The position numbers and the translations under genes were made by a program. From Pocillopora damicornis (lineage: Eukaryota), in assembly GCF_003704095.1 (NCBI RefSeq), contig NW_020845998.1, forward strand, positions 248,001 to 312,000: 64,000 nt of DNA. The letters run 5' to 3'. Position 1 is the first letter of the stretch; the number at the start of each line of letters is the position of its first letter. Below are positions 13,228 to 26,200 of the stretch, piece after piece. A model generated the notes under the pieces. That model saw only the letters and a program-made list of their open reading frames with translations. It searched no databases and was not told the origin of the DNA.

Positions 13228-15798
13228 TGCTAGTTGCTTTTTTCCTCGGCTTGTGAGTTGCCCCTTTTCCTTCTCAATCGAGAGGAGGCTATATCCTCCC
13301 AATTTCTAACCTTTTTCTGCAGACAATAAAACTATTTCTTACCAAATGAATTTGAAATAAATTTTTTCCTACTTAATAATATTGAGAAGAGATATGATGG
13401 AAAGAACATTTGATAAAACTTGTTATAGTAGTGTTGGTTGAACCACCTAACGACCCGTTTTCTTGAATGGTGCTATATTGATTTTTCTATATGTTGGGTA
13501 ACCTGTCGCATCACAAGAGAGTTTACGTCCAAAGATTAAAAAAGTATCAGGTCCGACTTGAAATTACTAACAAATTAAACTTGACATTTCGAAAATATAA
13601 TCGTAGAGAAAAATTTTTTTTTTTCATTTGCTGCCTTGAATAGTCAAAATCTACTAAGTTCTACTCTTTCAAACCAATTTCAAAATCGTGAAATATTCGA
13701 TCTAAGGAGTAAAAGGTTTTATTCTTGTGTTGACAGTCTCTTTGAAGGTCTAAGATAAAGTATCTATTTTCAAAAAAACCAGAAGACTTCAATTTCATTT
13801 TCGTTGCCAGAATGAAGCTAGGTTTTTCCTTGGAAATAAAGATCAGTCGACCGAAACTAAGTCGGGAATTTTTCCGGACAGACTAAATTGCTTTCTTATG
13901 AAAATGAGTAAACTAGCATTTTTTTAAATTGCTATCTCTTACCTTTGAAAACAGTAAAGTAAAAATATTCCTGTTTGCTCTCGTTACGTTATCAGCAAGT
14001 GGAATTTTAGCCCCATCTCGTTGTGTCCAGTGTCGACATTTCTACTCTGAAAATACGAGCCCAGCAAATAATTAATTCTTTTGTTAATAAAAATGCGAAC
14101 CGCGACTGGTGCATGCGTAGTCGGAGGGCCACGTATGTAATCAAATAAGGAAGTGACTGCTTGCGCATGCACCTTGATCTCCATCAGCGACTTAACCGGT
14201 GGACCAATTAGAAAATTTGTTATCGTTACTGGTAGTGTCACGACGCTCGCAGAAACAGGAAGTCAGAATTTGACAGGTTCATATAAGACACCTAAGGAAG
14301 GGCTTCTTTCAGAACTAGACATGTCACAGTTTATGCAAGAAGACATTGTTAAACGCAGTTCAGATCTATTTCACACTTTCCCAAATCGTACAAGTAAAAA
14401 TTTGAAGAGTACCTCTCCTTGAGAAAGCGCGATAAAATGACTGCGTCTCTCCATTAGAGAAGTAAAAGGTGTTTGGTGAAAGTGCAAATATTCTTTTTTA
14501 TCAATAAGTGTGATGGATTCGAGAATTTATATCCTGTGAAAGCTCGATACTAAAGCTGTCAAACGATAAAATATCTAGAGTTGTTCATTCCACTGGTCGT
14601 TTAGCTTGCAGTGAAACTAATCATCCATAAAAAAACACCGAATATATTGACCGAATATGGCTTATTTTACAGCAATGTAACCGTCGAATCAGACAAAGTA
14701 TTTAACGGATGGCAAGATTTTCGGAGATGATTAACTTTATTTTTTCATCTTGTTTACTCGGGTTAGCTCATTAAAAACCAAGCAAAGTGACTGGTAAAGA
14801 TCAAAGATCGAGGTGATGACCGGGAATGTATTTTTATTGCTTTTTTCACCTAACAGGTAACGCATTCATTTGATGAAGAAACTCCACAATTGACTTCCAT
14901 CAGTACAGTTCTCAGGTTTGAAAGATCAATTGTTTCTGATTATAACTCTCGGTAAGCTTGTAAAAGCTTCATGTTCTGTCTCTGATTATATTGTTTGTTT
15001 ATGCAGACAATCATACTACATGATCGACAGGTTCATTAAAACCATTCAATATACGTATGACGACCATATTATTCAGACTACTGATACAATGAGAGTTACG
15101 AAGTCTGCTTGCTCATATGACTCACTTGTTTCTTTACGACATGCATGGAATACTTCGGGGAAACTTTACAGAATGGAGATTAGATAATTCAGTCACTAGA
15201 GAGACTGATTTTCATCAAAACGTTTCTATTTTTTTGTCTTATGACGCGTATTTACAGCAGACGGTCTTTACGGTCATTTTCAAGTTGTGTGCGATTCCTG
15301 ACCGGTTAACCTTGGAAATGATCGAGAGGGACTAGATTGGTCTTAGACATAAATGAGTTTAGATACCTGTTCTCCTAACCTGTCAACGCATGTCAACTGT
15401 CAACTGAGTGGCTACAAGTAGATTTGGGACACTGTTAGCAACTGAGTCAGTTAAATTAACGTTTATTAACAAACAAAACTTTCATGGCCTTGACTCGTAA
15501 TTTTCAATATTGTATCCGGAGATAATTGAGCGAGAAATCTCTTTGGAAGCTAAGCATTCTGTTTTGTTTTTCGCAGAGATTGCTCGAGTCAAAACAAGAA
15601 GTGAGCGTCGTTCTCGACCTCCAAGGTTTACAAGAAAGAACTTATAGAACTTAAAATTCAGAAACAAAAACATCTTTGGTGGAGCTCTGTTCTATGAATA
15701 GACAACATCAGCAAAACTCAGTTATAAAACTTGATGTAACATCAAAGATTCAAGTCAGATTTCCGGAAAGTGATTGAAACTAGAGGGTACGTCATGTT

Positions 15799-18700
15799 TT
15801 ATCCCGTGTAGTATGACCCTGGGTCCGCACCATACTGCTGTTGGTATTGTTGTTCGTTTGAATAATAATTGGCTTGTCCCGCGGTATCTTGAGTCTGTGA
15901 TCTGTCGTACTGCTGGTAAGCGGTGTTGTCATAGCTATTGTAAGACTGTGCGTTATAGGACGGATAATTGTTTTCAGGACTGCTCTGCTGGGAGCTGTAA
16001 GACATGTAATCTGCTTGAGGACTGCTCTGTGTGTTATAAGATGAGTAATCTGGTTGGGAATTGCTTGGTTGATCATTGTAGGGAGCCTGGTTCTGGTAAT
16101 AACGCTGAGACGAGGCTTCTTGATAGCCGTATGATGCCTGATTACTTTGTCCAACTTGATTCATTACTTCTGCGATGAAAAAATACATACACTCTTCCAT
16201 TAAAAATAAATATCACTTGATCATAAGAAAATTATTGCTATCGTTGAAAAAAAATTGCCGTTCAATTTACTGCTAGAGTAACGTACAATGGTCTTACAAA
16301 AAGATCCTGTCTTTTCCTCTAAGAGATGTTTGACAGCACAAGTCGCATGCATTACGTAACCTTTTTTTTTTATTTTTTTAAGTCCGTCCAATTCCGAATT
16401 GATTTATTCTCACGGAATATCTTTTAGAATTTGTAAAGGTGGGCTGAACTCGTCCCAATCCTTTCAGTCCCAAGATCTCATTAGTAATTCTCCTTATATT
16501 AATGTCTGTAATGCAATTCTTATGGTGTGAATTTTGAGAATTTGTCATTGGATCAACTACTATAATCCCCTACTTGTTATTTATCTTTATTCTCATCACA
16601 TATCTGCCTAATAATGCATTAACATTGTAACGAGAAATTCTGTTTTTTTTTTACTCATGAGAGTTACAGGGTCAAAGGGCGAACTCGTCGTGTTTGGAAC
16701 GAATGGTACGGGAAAACTTGCAACAAGGCGAACCCTCTATTGACCTTCCAAATTGCATCTATGTTTGCAATCCCTTCACACTAACTCAATCTCCGGATTC
16801 CTTCATACGCAATTCAGCTACAAACACAGAAAAAATTAAATGCAGATACCAGAAGCCCATTACTTAATGGGCTTCTGCAGATACTTAAAAGTCTCGTAGG
16901 AACATTTTTGGTGCCAATCTCGAACTTACCGTTGGTCCTGTTGAGAGTTTCGTTAGGTTTGCCAAACCAAGACTCAGTCGTTGTGATGTTATGGTTTGGG
17001 TTATATTCTGTTGTCGTCAACTGATGCACAGCTTGACCAGCTTGGCCGGGAGCATTTCCTGGAGCCTGGGTCTCTCCAGGAGTAAGTGTTGTCTGCGATA
17101 TCGGGAAAGGAGAGCCGGGAGTTACACCCTCCACAGGTGGCTGGCCTGGTACCGGAGCAGGAGCAGGAGCAGGCTGTAAAGCTGGTTGTTGACCGGGCTG
17201 TGGAGTGGGCTGTTCGGGAAGTGGTAGTGCTGGTTGTTGAGAGGGCTGAGGTGATGGCTGTTGAGTTACCTGTGGTTGCGGTTGCTGAGTTACCTGTGGT
17301 GTTGGACCTGGCAGCGGGAGTGTGGCCGCCCCGGCCGCTGCACCTCCCATTCCAATGGATGGCGTCGGTATAGCTCCTGGCTGCCCTATAACTGCGGTCT
17401 AAACACATTTTAAACATGTCTTTCATTTGATCCTTAAGTTATTGCTACAAAAAAAATTCACTTTGAGTTCAAATCTTTTCATCTCAATGTATCGAAGGCC
17501 GAAGACAAACGGCAGTTCTTCTGTTCCAGTATCGCCATATGCATGAACATTACGTTTTAGTTTTTTCCTCCCTTTTTCCCTTCCCTTTTCTCCCTTTCCT
17601 TCTCTTCATACTCGAAAAAACGCATCGATGATCATGTCTGTTTGTTACTGCAATTGGTTTGATGAAAGATGGAAATGCGCTGAATTATACTCTCAATGTC
17701 GTATATATTTACCTGGCCTGCCTGTGTCACTGACTGTGAAGCTGCTGGTTGAACACTGCTGGCCATAACAGCAACTGACTGATTGCTGGCTGGTTGAACT
17801 GCACTACTAGTATTTATCTGTGATACCACAGGGCCTCCAACACTCGGAGAGGGAGATGGCATGGCTGTTGCATTTGCAGTCGCAACAGCTATCGTACCCG
17901 TGGCTTGTGGCTGAATCGACTTCGTGGGTAACGGCTGAACAGTTTTATTAGCGGCAGAAGGAGATGCATTTACTGATGAAGCCGGCATTATCGCGGTTTT
18001 TGAAGGTTGTACACTGGCTGGATTGACTGTTGCAGCTGCACCTGAGGGTGTGGTCACACTGGACTCCGGGATTGCAGGACTAGCATTTGACCCGCTTGCA
18101 CTCTCGTTCGAGACACTGTTAGCCACGTTGTTTGCTATGCTAGATATAAGATCATCTGTGCTTTTGTATTGTTGTTGAGCCTCTCCTCTGTGATCTTTGA
18201 ATCGTAATGTCTTAGGTGTATCACCGTCATCTGAATGAAGTGAGACGAGAGATTGATGATAGAAGTGTCCCGTGGAAAGATTTCAAATTCGTCTTAAAAA
18301 CACCGTAAAAGTGAAGCTTTGACCAAATATTCTCTAAATAAAGTAGTAAAGAGCTTAAATGGCTGAAAAATAAGTTATAGACGCCATTTTCTCTGATATC
18401 AGGAGAATTAAAAGCAAAGAAATTTTAAGAAATCATGACTCTCATGATATTGTTTTAGGCTTCTCTCTTACAGAACGAAAGATGAAAGAGAGGCCCGTTC
18501 CTATCACATGCGCTATTGAACCCTATCATACAAATTATTTTGCAGCGAAAAAGGGCAACCGGCAATCACTTGATAAATGAACTGAGAAGTATCTATCATC
18601 TTGAAAATTAGATGAGAGCAAATTGGCTATTTTACCTTACCGATCGCTAGCTAAGCCGATTTCACAACCCAACATTCTACGGAGCAAATATCGAAGAAAA

Positions 18701-20579
18701 ATGCTTTTAATGTGCATTACCTATACACTCTCCCCAGACTCCATCCCGGTCAAAATTAGTAGAGATTGAGCACCATGGCTTGTTGTGATCCAAGTAAGTA
18801 CAAGTGTAATGCTTGACGCCGTTATACTCGAAAGGAAACACACAGCAACCACCATTACCGTTGCCATCCCTACTCCACACGCCACAAGTGGTCCCTTAAA
18901 ACCGGAACACGGCAATTTAAGAACAAAGGAAACATGGAAAACAACGTTACTCATTCTTTGGACGAGATGAAACTGAGAAATCCTCCAAATATGATGTTCT
19001 CGCTCCTTAAACAAGGAGTTTGTAGATCAGCATTTTAGAATGTATAAAAGCTATAAAACTGAATGAATGACAGGAAACTTGATTAAGTCAGTCTAAGAGT
19101 TGTATCGAGAAACAGTCCGATCGATTTCCTAGATTTCAGCGAGTCTAGTTCATTTTCAGGAGAAGGAAACGTTCTCAATCAGAGCTCTAACCTTCTTTTA
19201 AGATATGACGGTACAGACTCAATTGCTGAGAAAATTGTAATCTGTGCTAAAGTGGAATTTTGATCTTACCGTTATCCATTAAAGGTAAGCACTCTGCGCA
19301 GCATTTCCACTTTTTCTTGATGGGCTTGTCACAGTTTAAATCCGGGCATTCTATTTTAGAGCACTTTACATGACCATGTGAGCATCGACATTCTGGAATA
19401 CAGGGACCTGGGGACCAGGCATCGCTATGATGTCGGACAACACCATCGTATACACAACCTAAGACAAGGAAAACACAACTTTGATAATCCACACTTTTTA
19501 GGAAGGTGTTTTGAATATGAAAGGTCTTCATTTTTGACACAAGTTTTGGTGTGTAACAACGTGTTCGTTGTGGTAGCCTAATAAAACTTTTGTCCAGTTG
19601 GTTTTTTTTCGAACACATTGTAGATAAGCATTGCATACGATTTATTGAAAAGAGATATGTAAGAATTGGAAGTTAGAGAATGATCGTTCTTTAAGAGTTC
19701 ATGAAAATTATTAAAGTTTTTTATTATCAAGTTATCGATCAATTTTGGCGAGCATACTGATGAAAACAATATTATTGAAAAAAATCATTACTTTGCATTT
19801 ATGACAACACACAAACATCAAACAAATTATACTTTGATTTAAGACAAACATCTTAGGAACCTATAATTACTACAGAAAGTGAAAAAAAAAATGACGATTA
19901 GAACAGGATAAAAATCACGTCTTTTTACCTTTATTGTGCGTGGCAACATTCGCTGGCAGTTTGATGGTTATGAAAGTCGATTTGCTTTCCTGCGAAGAAT
20001 CTGTTGTCACAAAATTGATCAGAAATAAACAATTGGCGTTACAACAGGTTAACCAACATGAAATACTACGCTTTAGCAGGTGGTAAATAAAAGATGACAA
20101 AATCACAAAATTTTTTAATTCTGATAAAAAGTCTTAACGAATTTGGCGCTTTTGTGTTCAATACCACTCTAGGGAAACGATCGATTACCATCGGCTAAAA
20201 AACGTACAACTATAACTGATATGTTTGGTCTATGGAAACTTTGATTACATTTACTACACACACTTCAATAATCATCGTTTTCCAAATAACTCGCAACCAT
20301 AAATATCCACTTCACCATTATGAGAAAAAGCTTAGATTTTGATGCACTCTTGCATCAAGTCATTACGACTAAATTAAAACGGCTTCTGAAGTCGTGCAGT
20401 ATACGGGCGCGAAATGACAAGCTTCATACTTAGTAACGTTATCACGTTTAAAAGAAAGGGTCTTTATTTTCCTTGCTGTTCGTTACAAATATGTCTGAAA
20501 ACTTACCATCGTTGTTTTTGAAGTGCTTTTTCCCTTGGCAAACAATTAAACAAATCAGCAGTATAAATAAAAGTCGCAT
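15799..20579 (-). CDS. Gene E: secreted protein (~621 aa), signal peptide - VWC - FN2 - S/A/T mucin-like - P/Q-rich - Y/Q/S/N-rich tail
   Basis: Exons 20579-20507 (MRLLFILLICLIVCQG|KKHFKNND), 20000-19929, 19458-19270 (VWC), 18894-18721 (FN2), 18230-17713, 17398-16930 and 16169-15799 (stop). Total 1866 nt in frame; minus-strand AATAAA near 15462. Confidence 0.88.
16459..16675. mobile_element. MITE-like repeat family 2 (~210 bp, TAACCC...GGGTTA-type ends)
   Basis: CCCAAGATCT..TAATTCTCC..GAGAATTTG..ATTCTCATCAC..GAGAAATT..AGGGTCAA; related to copies at 28569, 57917, 59911, 60879 and 63243. Confidence 0.7.
16850..16877. mobile_element. 28-bp hairpin flanked by a 7-bp TSD (probable P-element-type excision footprint)
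   Basis: CAGATAC [CAGAAGCCCATTA CT TAATGGGCTTCTG] CAGATAC. Confidence 0.8.
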
Positions 20580-21344
20580 TTTTTGAGACAATTTTGTCGC
20601 TGCCTTCGGTTGAGGCAGTTTCAGAGTCACGTGACCACAGCTATTTTACGGTAGCTGATTTCGTTGGTTACTTACATTATTAAACGTTCTGTGGTAGACT
20701 TCCCTTAATTTTCCTCAGTATGTGTGGAGGTGCCCATGTGATGGTCACTAAAACTGTTGGGATTAATTCAATAGTCTAAAATAAGATTATAGCTATCCTT
20801 TGTAAAGGCCTATAATCGCCTTTAACCAGCGACATCAATTTGAGCGTCTTAGATTTTCCCGGAATAGAAATATTTTCCTGGATATATATTTAGGGAGCAT
20901 TGGTTAAATAGAAACTCGAACGCTCTCCTCGTTTCCTCCCCGACCATTACAAACGATCGAGAATGTCTAAGATTCCTCACTCTACAGTTCTAGATCCCAA
21001 CAATCATGGTCGTCCTAGCCAGAAAATTCATTACAATATTCCAGCACTTTTCTGAGTTTAGTTTCCTCTCCAGGGCTCCAAGCGCCTCAAAATGTTTTCA
21101 GATTATAGAGAGGATCACGTGGAAACGCTCCCCTTACGCTTGATGTATGACTCAAACAATTGGAGCGTTTTTAATCGTCCAGAAAATTATTGTGATCTCT
21201 ATGGAAATTTCAACAATCGTGACATAGCAGAAGTAGAGAGGGATCCAAAATGATCTCAGCACATGTCATCTTTTAATTCCAGACTCGTCACCTTCTTTCA
21301 AGATTAGGCTTTGTGAATGGTAACCCATCATCTCTTTCAAAACT

Positions 21345-21965
21345 CATCTTGATTTTTATGGCATGTGGTGAGCATTGCCACTTTCCTTGGATGGGATGCA
21401 GGTGCATCACTTCCCCAGTACTTGTTAGTACTTTTTGAACAACCATGAGTGGAAAGATGTCTTGTCCTATAGGTTAGCGGGTTAGAATCGAAGGTCTGGG
21501 TTCGAGACTCGAAAGTCGCGGTAACTTAACAGGCCTGAAGCCATATTTTAGCATAATATTTTAAACCCCCATCTTAAATGGAAACAGAAAAGCTTTACAT
21601 GCTCGTTAACTAACCGGAAACTTCGAGAAACGGACCCCTAGCCAGGTAATTATGTTATTTTATAAAGGAAACAAGGTACTTTATCCTCACGGCACCACGC
21701 TCCATCCATAAGTATGGATTGGTGCTAGCAAATTGTAGGAGAAGCCTGCCACATACTACCATCCCACCCAGGGAAGTAACAACACTCCTTTCTAATCACG
21801 TCATAATATAAAGACTGGGATAAGGTCAATTGGATTGGCCATCTAACTCAAGAGCAGACTAAATCTTTTATCTAATTCAAACTCACGAGTAGAGAGAGAT
21901 GCTGTGAGAGCAAACTATCTCGCCATAGAACACAAGAAAATGACCAGGTCAGGGTTCGTCCTCTA
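21345..21965. mobile_element. Cluster of degenerate tRNA-SINE-like fragments with an inserted ~135-bp inverted-repeat element
   Basis: B-box-like GGGTTCGAGAC at ~21498. The forward SINE body 21650-21860 is related to reverse fragments at 21345-21470, 21880-21960 and 10721-10833. Insert arms CTCGAAAGTCGCGGTAACTTAAC / GTTAACTAACCGGAAACTTCGAG span 21508-21627. The family assignment is from recall, not a search. Confidence 0.45.
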
Positions 21966-23268
21966 GCTCATCGTTGGTCTGCTGGCAACCACGCATGCTT
22001 TAAGCCCATTAGGGACAGGGGACAGTTTGGATTTTATAACCAATGAGTTTCTCGAAACTTCTTCATGGTCTGTAAGGTTTTGACACCGTGGAGACTTTGC
22101 CCTGAGAGCTTTCAATTCGTCATTCTATTCTCGCTTCTTGCTTCATGTGTCAACTCACGGTCAATGACATTGTGGGCAGCAAGTCGAACTCAACTGATTT
22201 GCCTCCAATATCATAGTCCTAACAACAGTGCTCCTCCCTCGTCCCACTATCGGCCGTTTTGAGAATAAAAAATCCTATTTAACGAAACAAAATCCCTGTA
22301 CGGTTGTCAGACTTACAACCACATGGCTAAAGAAAAATTGTAGGCGAACACAAGTCAGTTGTTTGATAAATGCAAGACGTAAGTTTTCAGATAGTGACTT
22401 TATTTATTAATGCAGCGTTTAAACGGCTAACAACTTTTCTGTTCTCTGCAACAACATTCTCCTTGAAATGGTAAATGAACATCAGAAATATCATTAGAGA
22501 TTAAATATACCTTTTTTAAATAAAAAAAAATGAAAGGTACGACTGCATAGTGTTTAACTTTCTGTGATTCGTCTCTCCTCTTTCTCGCTGGTTTAACAAC
22601 CATGGTTTGTCATCTGTTCGTAGCGACCTTCTCCATCTGTTTGGAAACGAGAAGAGTTATAGTAGCTCATAGGAAAGCCTCTATGTTTTACGCTTGATAC
22701 CACTTGGTAAACGATGTGTAATGAAGTATTCTCAACCTTGTCCCAAAGGGTTTTCATGATTCTTCTGAGACCCAAGAGAATTATTTTTGCCCTGTCCATT
22801 AAGGTTTTCCGTCCATCGCTACGGGATAAACTAATTGCCGACCAGTTGCTATGGTGACAATATATGACTTCAAGAAAAATAGGAGATTGATGTATATTTA
22901 AGTAATGAGTTTGCAAAAAAGTATCTGATGTTCCTTCCGATCAAACAAGCCTCGAGCACTCCGTCCATTCTTTTCCTTAAAGAAAAAATGGTTTTTTTCT
23001 TATAAAATTTGTTCAAAGCATCAGCAATTTTTAGCATCTATTTTGAATAACGTCACAGGCCACAAATGATTATGTTTTCCAATCTTCTAGATGAGAGAAG
23101 TCACTTAAAGGAATTTTTATCGGTAGAATCAGCTTACCGTTTCGAAAACCAGAAAAATCACTACGATATGATTAATGCGAAAGTCATTTTGCATGGTGCG
23201 TAAAACCCGTCGTGAAATGTAATAGATATAAGTTTTCAAGAACATTTTCTGTTACCTACCACATTTTT

Positions 23269-26200
23269 TTAATGGTGTCCTTTTCCTTCGCTGCCGCTTT
23301 GTCCTGGTGGACACGGTTTGTCAGGGCAATAAGGATTAGGATCAAATACGACATCCTGGCTGAGATCTGTGCCACTGGACGTCACAGATACTGTTTGAGA
23401 GCCTTGGGCTACAACATTCACATTATTGGGGTCCATTTTGCCGACAACTTTCTGATGATTTTCTCCACTGTNNNNNNNNNNNNNNNNNNNNNNNNNNNNN
23501 NNNNNNNNNNNNNNNNNNNNNNNNNNNNNNNNNNNNNNNNNNNNNNNNNNNNNNNNNNNNNNNNNNNNNNNNNNNNNNNNNNNNNNNNNNNNNNNNNNNN
23601 NNNNNNNNNNNNNNNNNNNNNNNNNNNNNNNNNNNNNNNNNNNNNNNNNNNNNNNNNNNNNNNNNNNNNNNNNNNNNNNNNNNNNNNNNNNNNNNNNNNN
23701 NNNNNNNNNNNNNNNNNNNNNNNNNNNNNNNNNNNNNNNNNNNNNNNNNNNNNNNNNNNNNNNNNNNNNNNNNNNNNNNNNNNNNNNNNNNNNNNNNNNN
23801 NNNNNNNNNNNNNNNNNNNNNNNNNNNNNNNNNNNNNNNNNNNNNNNNNNNNNNNNNNNNNNNNNNNNNNNNNNNNNNNNNNNNNNNNNNNNNNNNNNNN
23901 NNNNNNNNNNNNNNNNNNNNNNNNNNNNNNNNNNNNNNNNNNNNNNNNNNNNNNNNNNNNNNNNNNNNNNNNNNNNNNNNNNNNNNNNNNNNNNNNNNNN
24001 NNNNNNNNNNNNNNNNNNNNNNNNNNNNNNNNNNNNNNNNNNNNTTAATCTTAGTTACTACTCACGCTTTGGTTTCTGGGTCGCAACAGGTAGAGAACTT
24101 TCAAGGTTTTTAATAACCTTATTGGCAATCTTGTCAATGTGATGGAGCACGTGAGTCATCGGCGTCTCGGCTCCAGGTTTCGTTACAGATTTGTCCTCCT
24201 CCTTGGGTTCATGACCCAACTGCTCGGGCTCGTGCACGCGATTTACTGGCTCTTGTCCTTCTTCGAGTGAATCTTCCTTAGTTGGTTTTTGCTTTGGGCG
24301 TTTTTGATTTTCTTCGTCTAGTGTAAGACTCGCTTCATCGGGTAAATCTGCCTTGGTTGGTTTTTGCTTTGGGCGCGTTTGTTTTTCTTCGTCTAGTGTA
24401 AGACTCACTCCGTCATGCCCTGGTTTTTCTTCCTTCGATTGTACTACTGGTGTCGAGGCCCCTGTGAGAGGAAGTGGTACGGGCCCTTTGAGACCTTAAA
24501 TAAAAAAGAAAAGAAGTCAGGGGGGTGAGCTACTTATCAGCTTATAGCTTATCAGCATATCATGGTTTATTAGCTTATAACTTATCATTGTATCATGATT
24601 TATCAGGGAAACGATGAAAGCTTCGGAGACTGTTGTTTAACGATCAACTCTATACGATTATATTTCAGGAGAATTTATATCCCAACATAAATAAAGACAA
24701 TGATCAGTCCCCCGTGCGGCAAAAGTTAGAGATTTCTAAAGTTAAATACAACTCCACTGCGCTGAAAATAAAGGTACATGTGCCGCCTCTACCTGTTTTC
24801 ACATTCACCGAGCTACACTGCGGGCATGCGCCGCTGTCCTTTATCATGGTGATGGTGTGGTCTGGTTGCTGGTCTTCAGGGTGCACATTTAGCTGGCTGG
24901 TATCCAGGGAAACCGTACCAGGCCCCTGCATTGAGACAGACACACTATGTGGACCCATGTGTCCGGACACTTTGTTGTCTTTGTGTGATTTTTGCACCTG
25001 AACATTATACACGTTCAAGTTCTGAGGATCTCCAGGGGCATCCAACAGGGGCTGGTCAGCTGTGGCTTGTTGGTAATACTGTATAACCTGATTTTTCGGT
25101 TTTTGGTCGGGTGCTATAAAGATTGGGATGATAAGGTGAACATTTAAAAAACTGCATAGTGATTGAATTTAATCCGAGCTAGAAAAGAGCCTTGAGTGTA
25201 TTATTGCTCATGATTAACAATTCATTAATAACTAAAATAAGGTCAGAATAATTTAAACAAATTCCTTTTTTACGCTCAACAATCTTAAAATTTTGTAGCA
25301 ACATTATAAGAGAAGCCTTAAAGGGGTAAACCGTTAGCTTTAAAGCGACAAAAATATAGTCAAATTGTCAAATTTTAACCGTTAGTCTTAGAAATAGATT
25401 ATCCTTAAAATGTTTCCTTCTACAAGGTGTCATTTTCTGTCATTTTGGGTTAATAAGCCGTAAAAGGGCCAAACATTTTGAACCTCAACCGTAAAAGCCA
25501 TAACCCCATTGAGACCCTCTTATTAACTAAAAGTTACCACCTGAAGTCATATGGCATTAATTGTGTCAAGGACCTCAAAGCAATTGAGTCATTACTAAAG
25601 AAAAGATTCTTCTTGGACATTCGTAACAAGCTCGAGACAATGAAAAATCCATTTCCGAGTATGCTGTCGGACACCATTACGACTTATGAATTACATCGAC
25701 TCCCCTGATATAACCTAGGTAAGCTTTGAGACCTTGTTTCGATATGAAGGTTCTCAGCCGGGCTATTCGAATTCCAGCCTGAATCAGATGAAAACTTAGC
25801 CTGCTGAATGAAGTGTCGAACTGATTGCCAAATCAAAAAATTTCCTCCTATCCTCAAACTTTCCAGGGTTTTAAGATGAATAATCTTGCTATCTATTTTT
25901 CTCTGGTCGCTAGGAACTATAAACTTTCATCACGAGCTCAATTTGTTTCATCAATGAGATAATTTAATGACAAATATGGCTCAAATTTCATGAAATCGCT
26001 CTTTCCTGTTAACAAGGCAATTCCTTATTTTTTTTCCATATATTTTGATCAAATTTTGTCATATGGATTCGCAGAGAACACGGAATGTTTTAATTAATGA
26101 CTTCAGTTAAGGAATTAACTATTGTAAGCTAAATAAACGAGATGAAACGGCAAAAGTAAGATAAAACAGTTCAACAGGTAGAAGACATTCTTTTCATTAA

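Noticed and set aside
21470-21510. tRNA-like B-box GGGTTCGAGAC
   Set aside because: No cloverleaf can be formed; better explained as a SINE head.
23212-24048. 278-aa plus-strand ORF
   Set aside because: Mostly translated Ns; the real part is antisense to the last exon of gene D.
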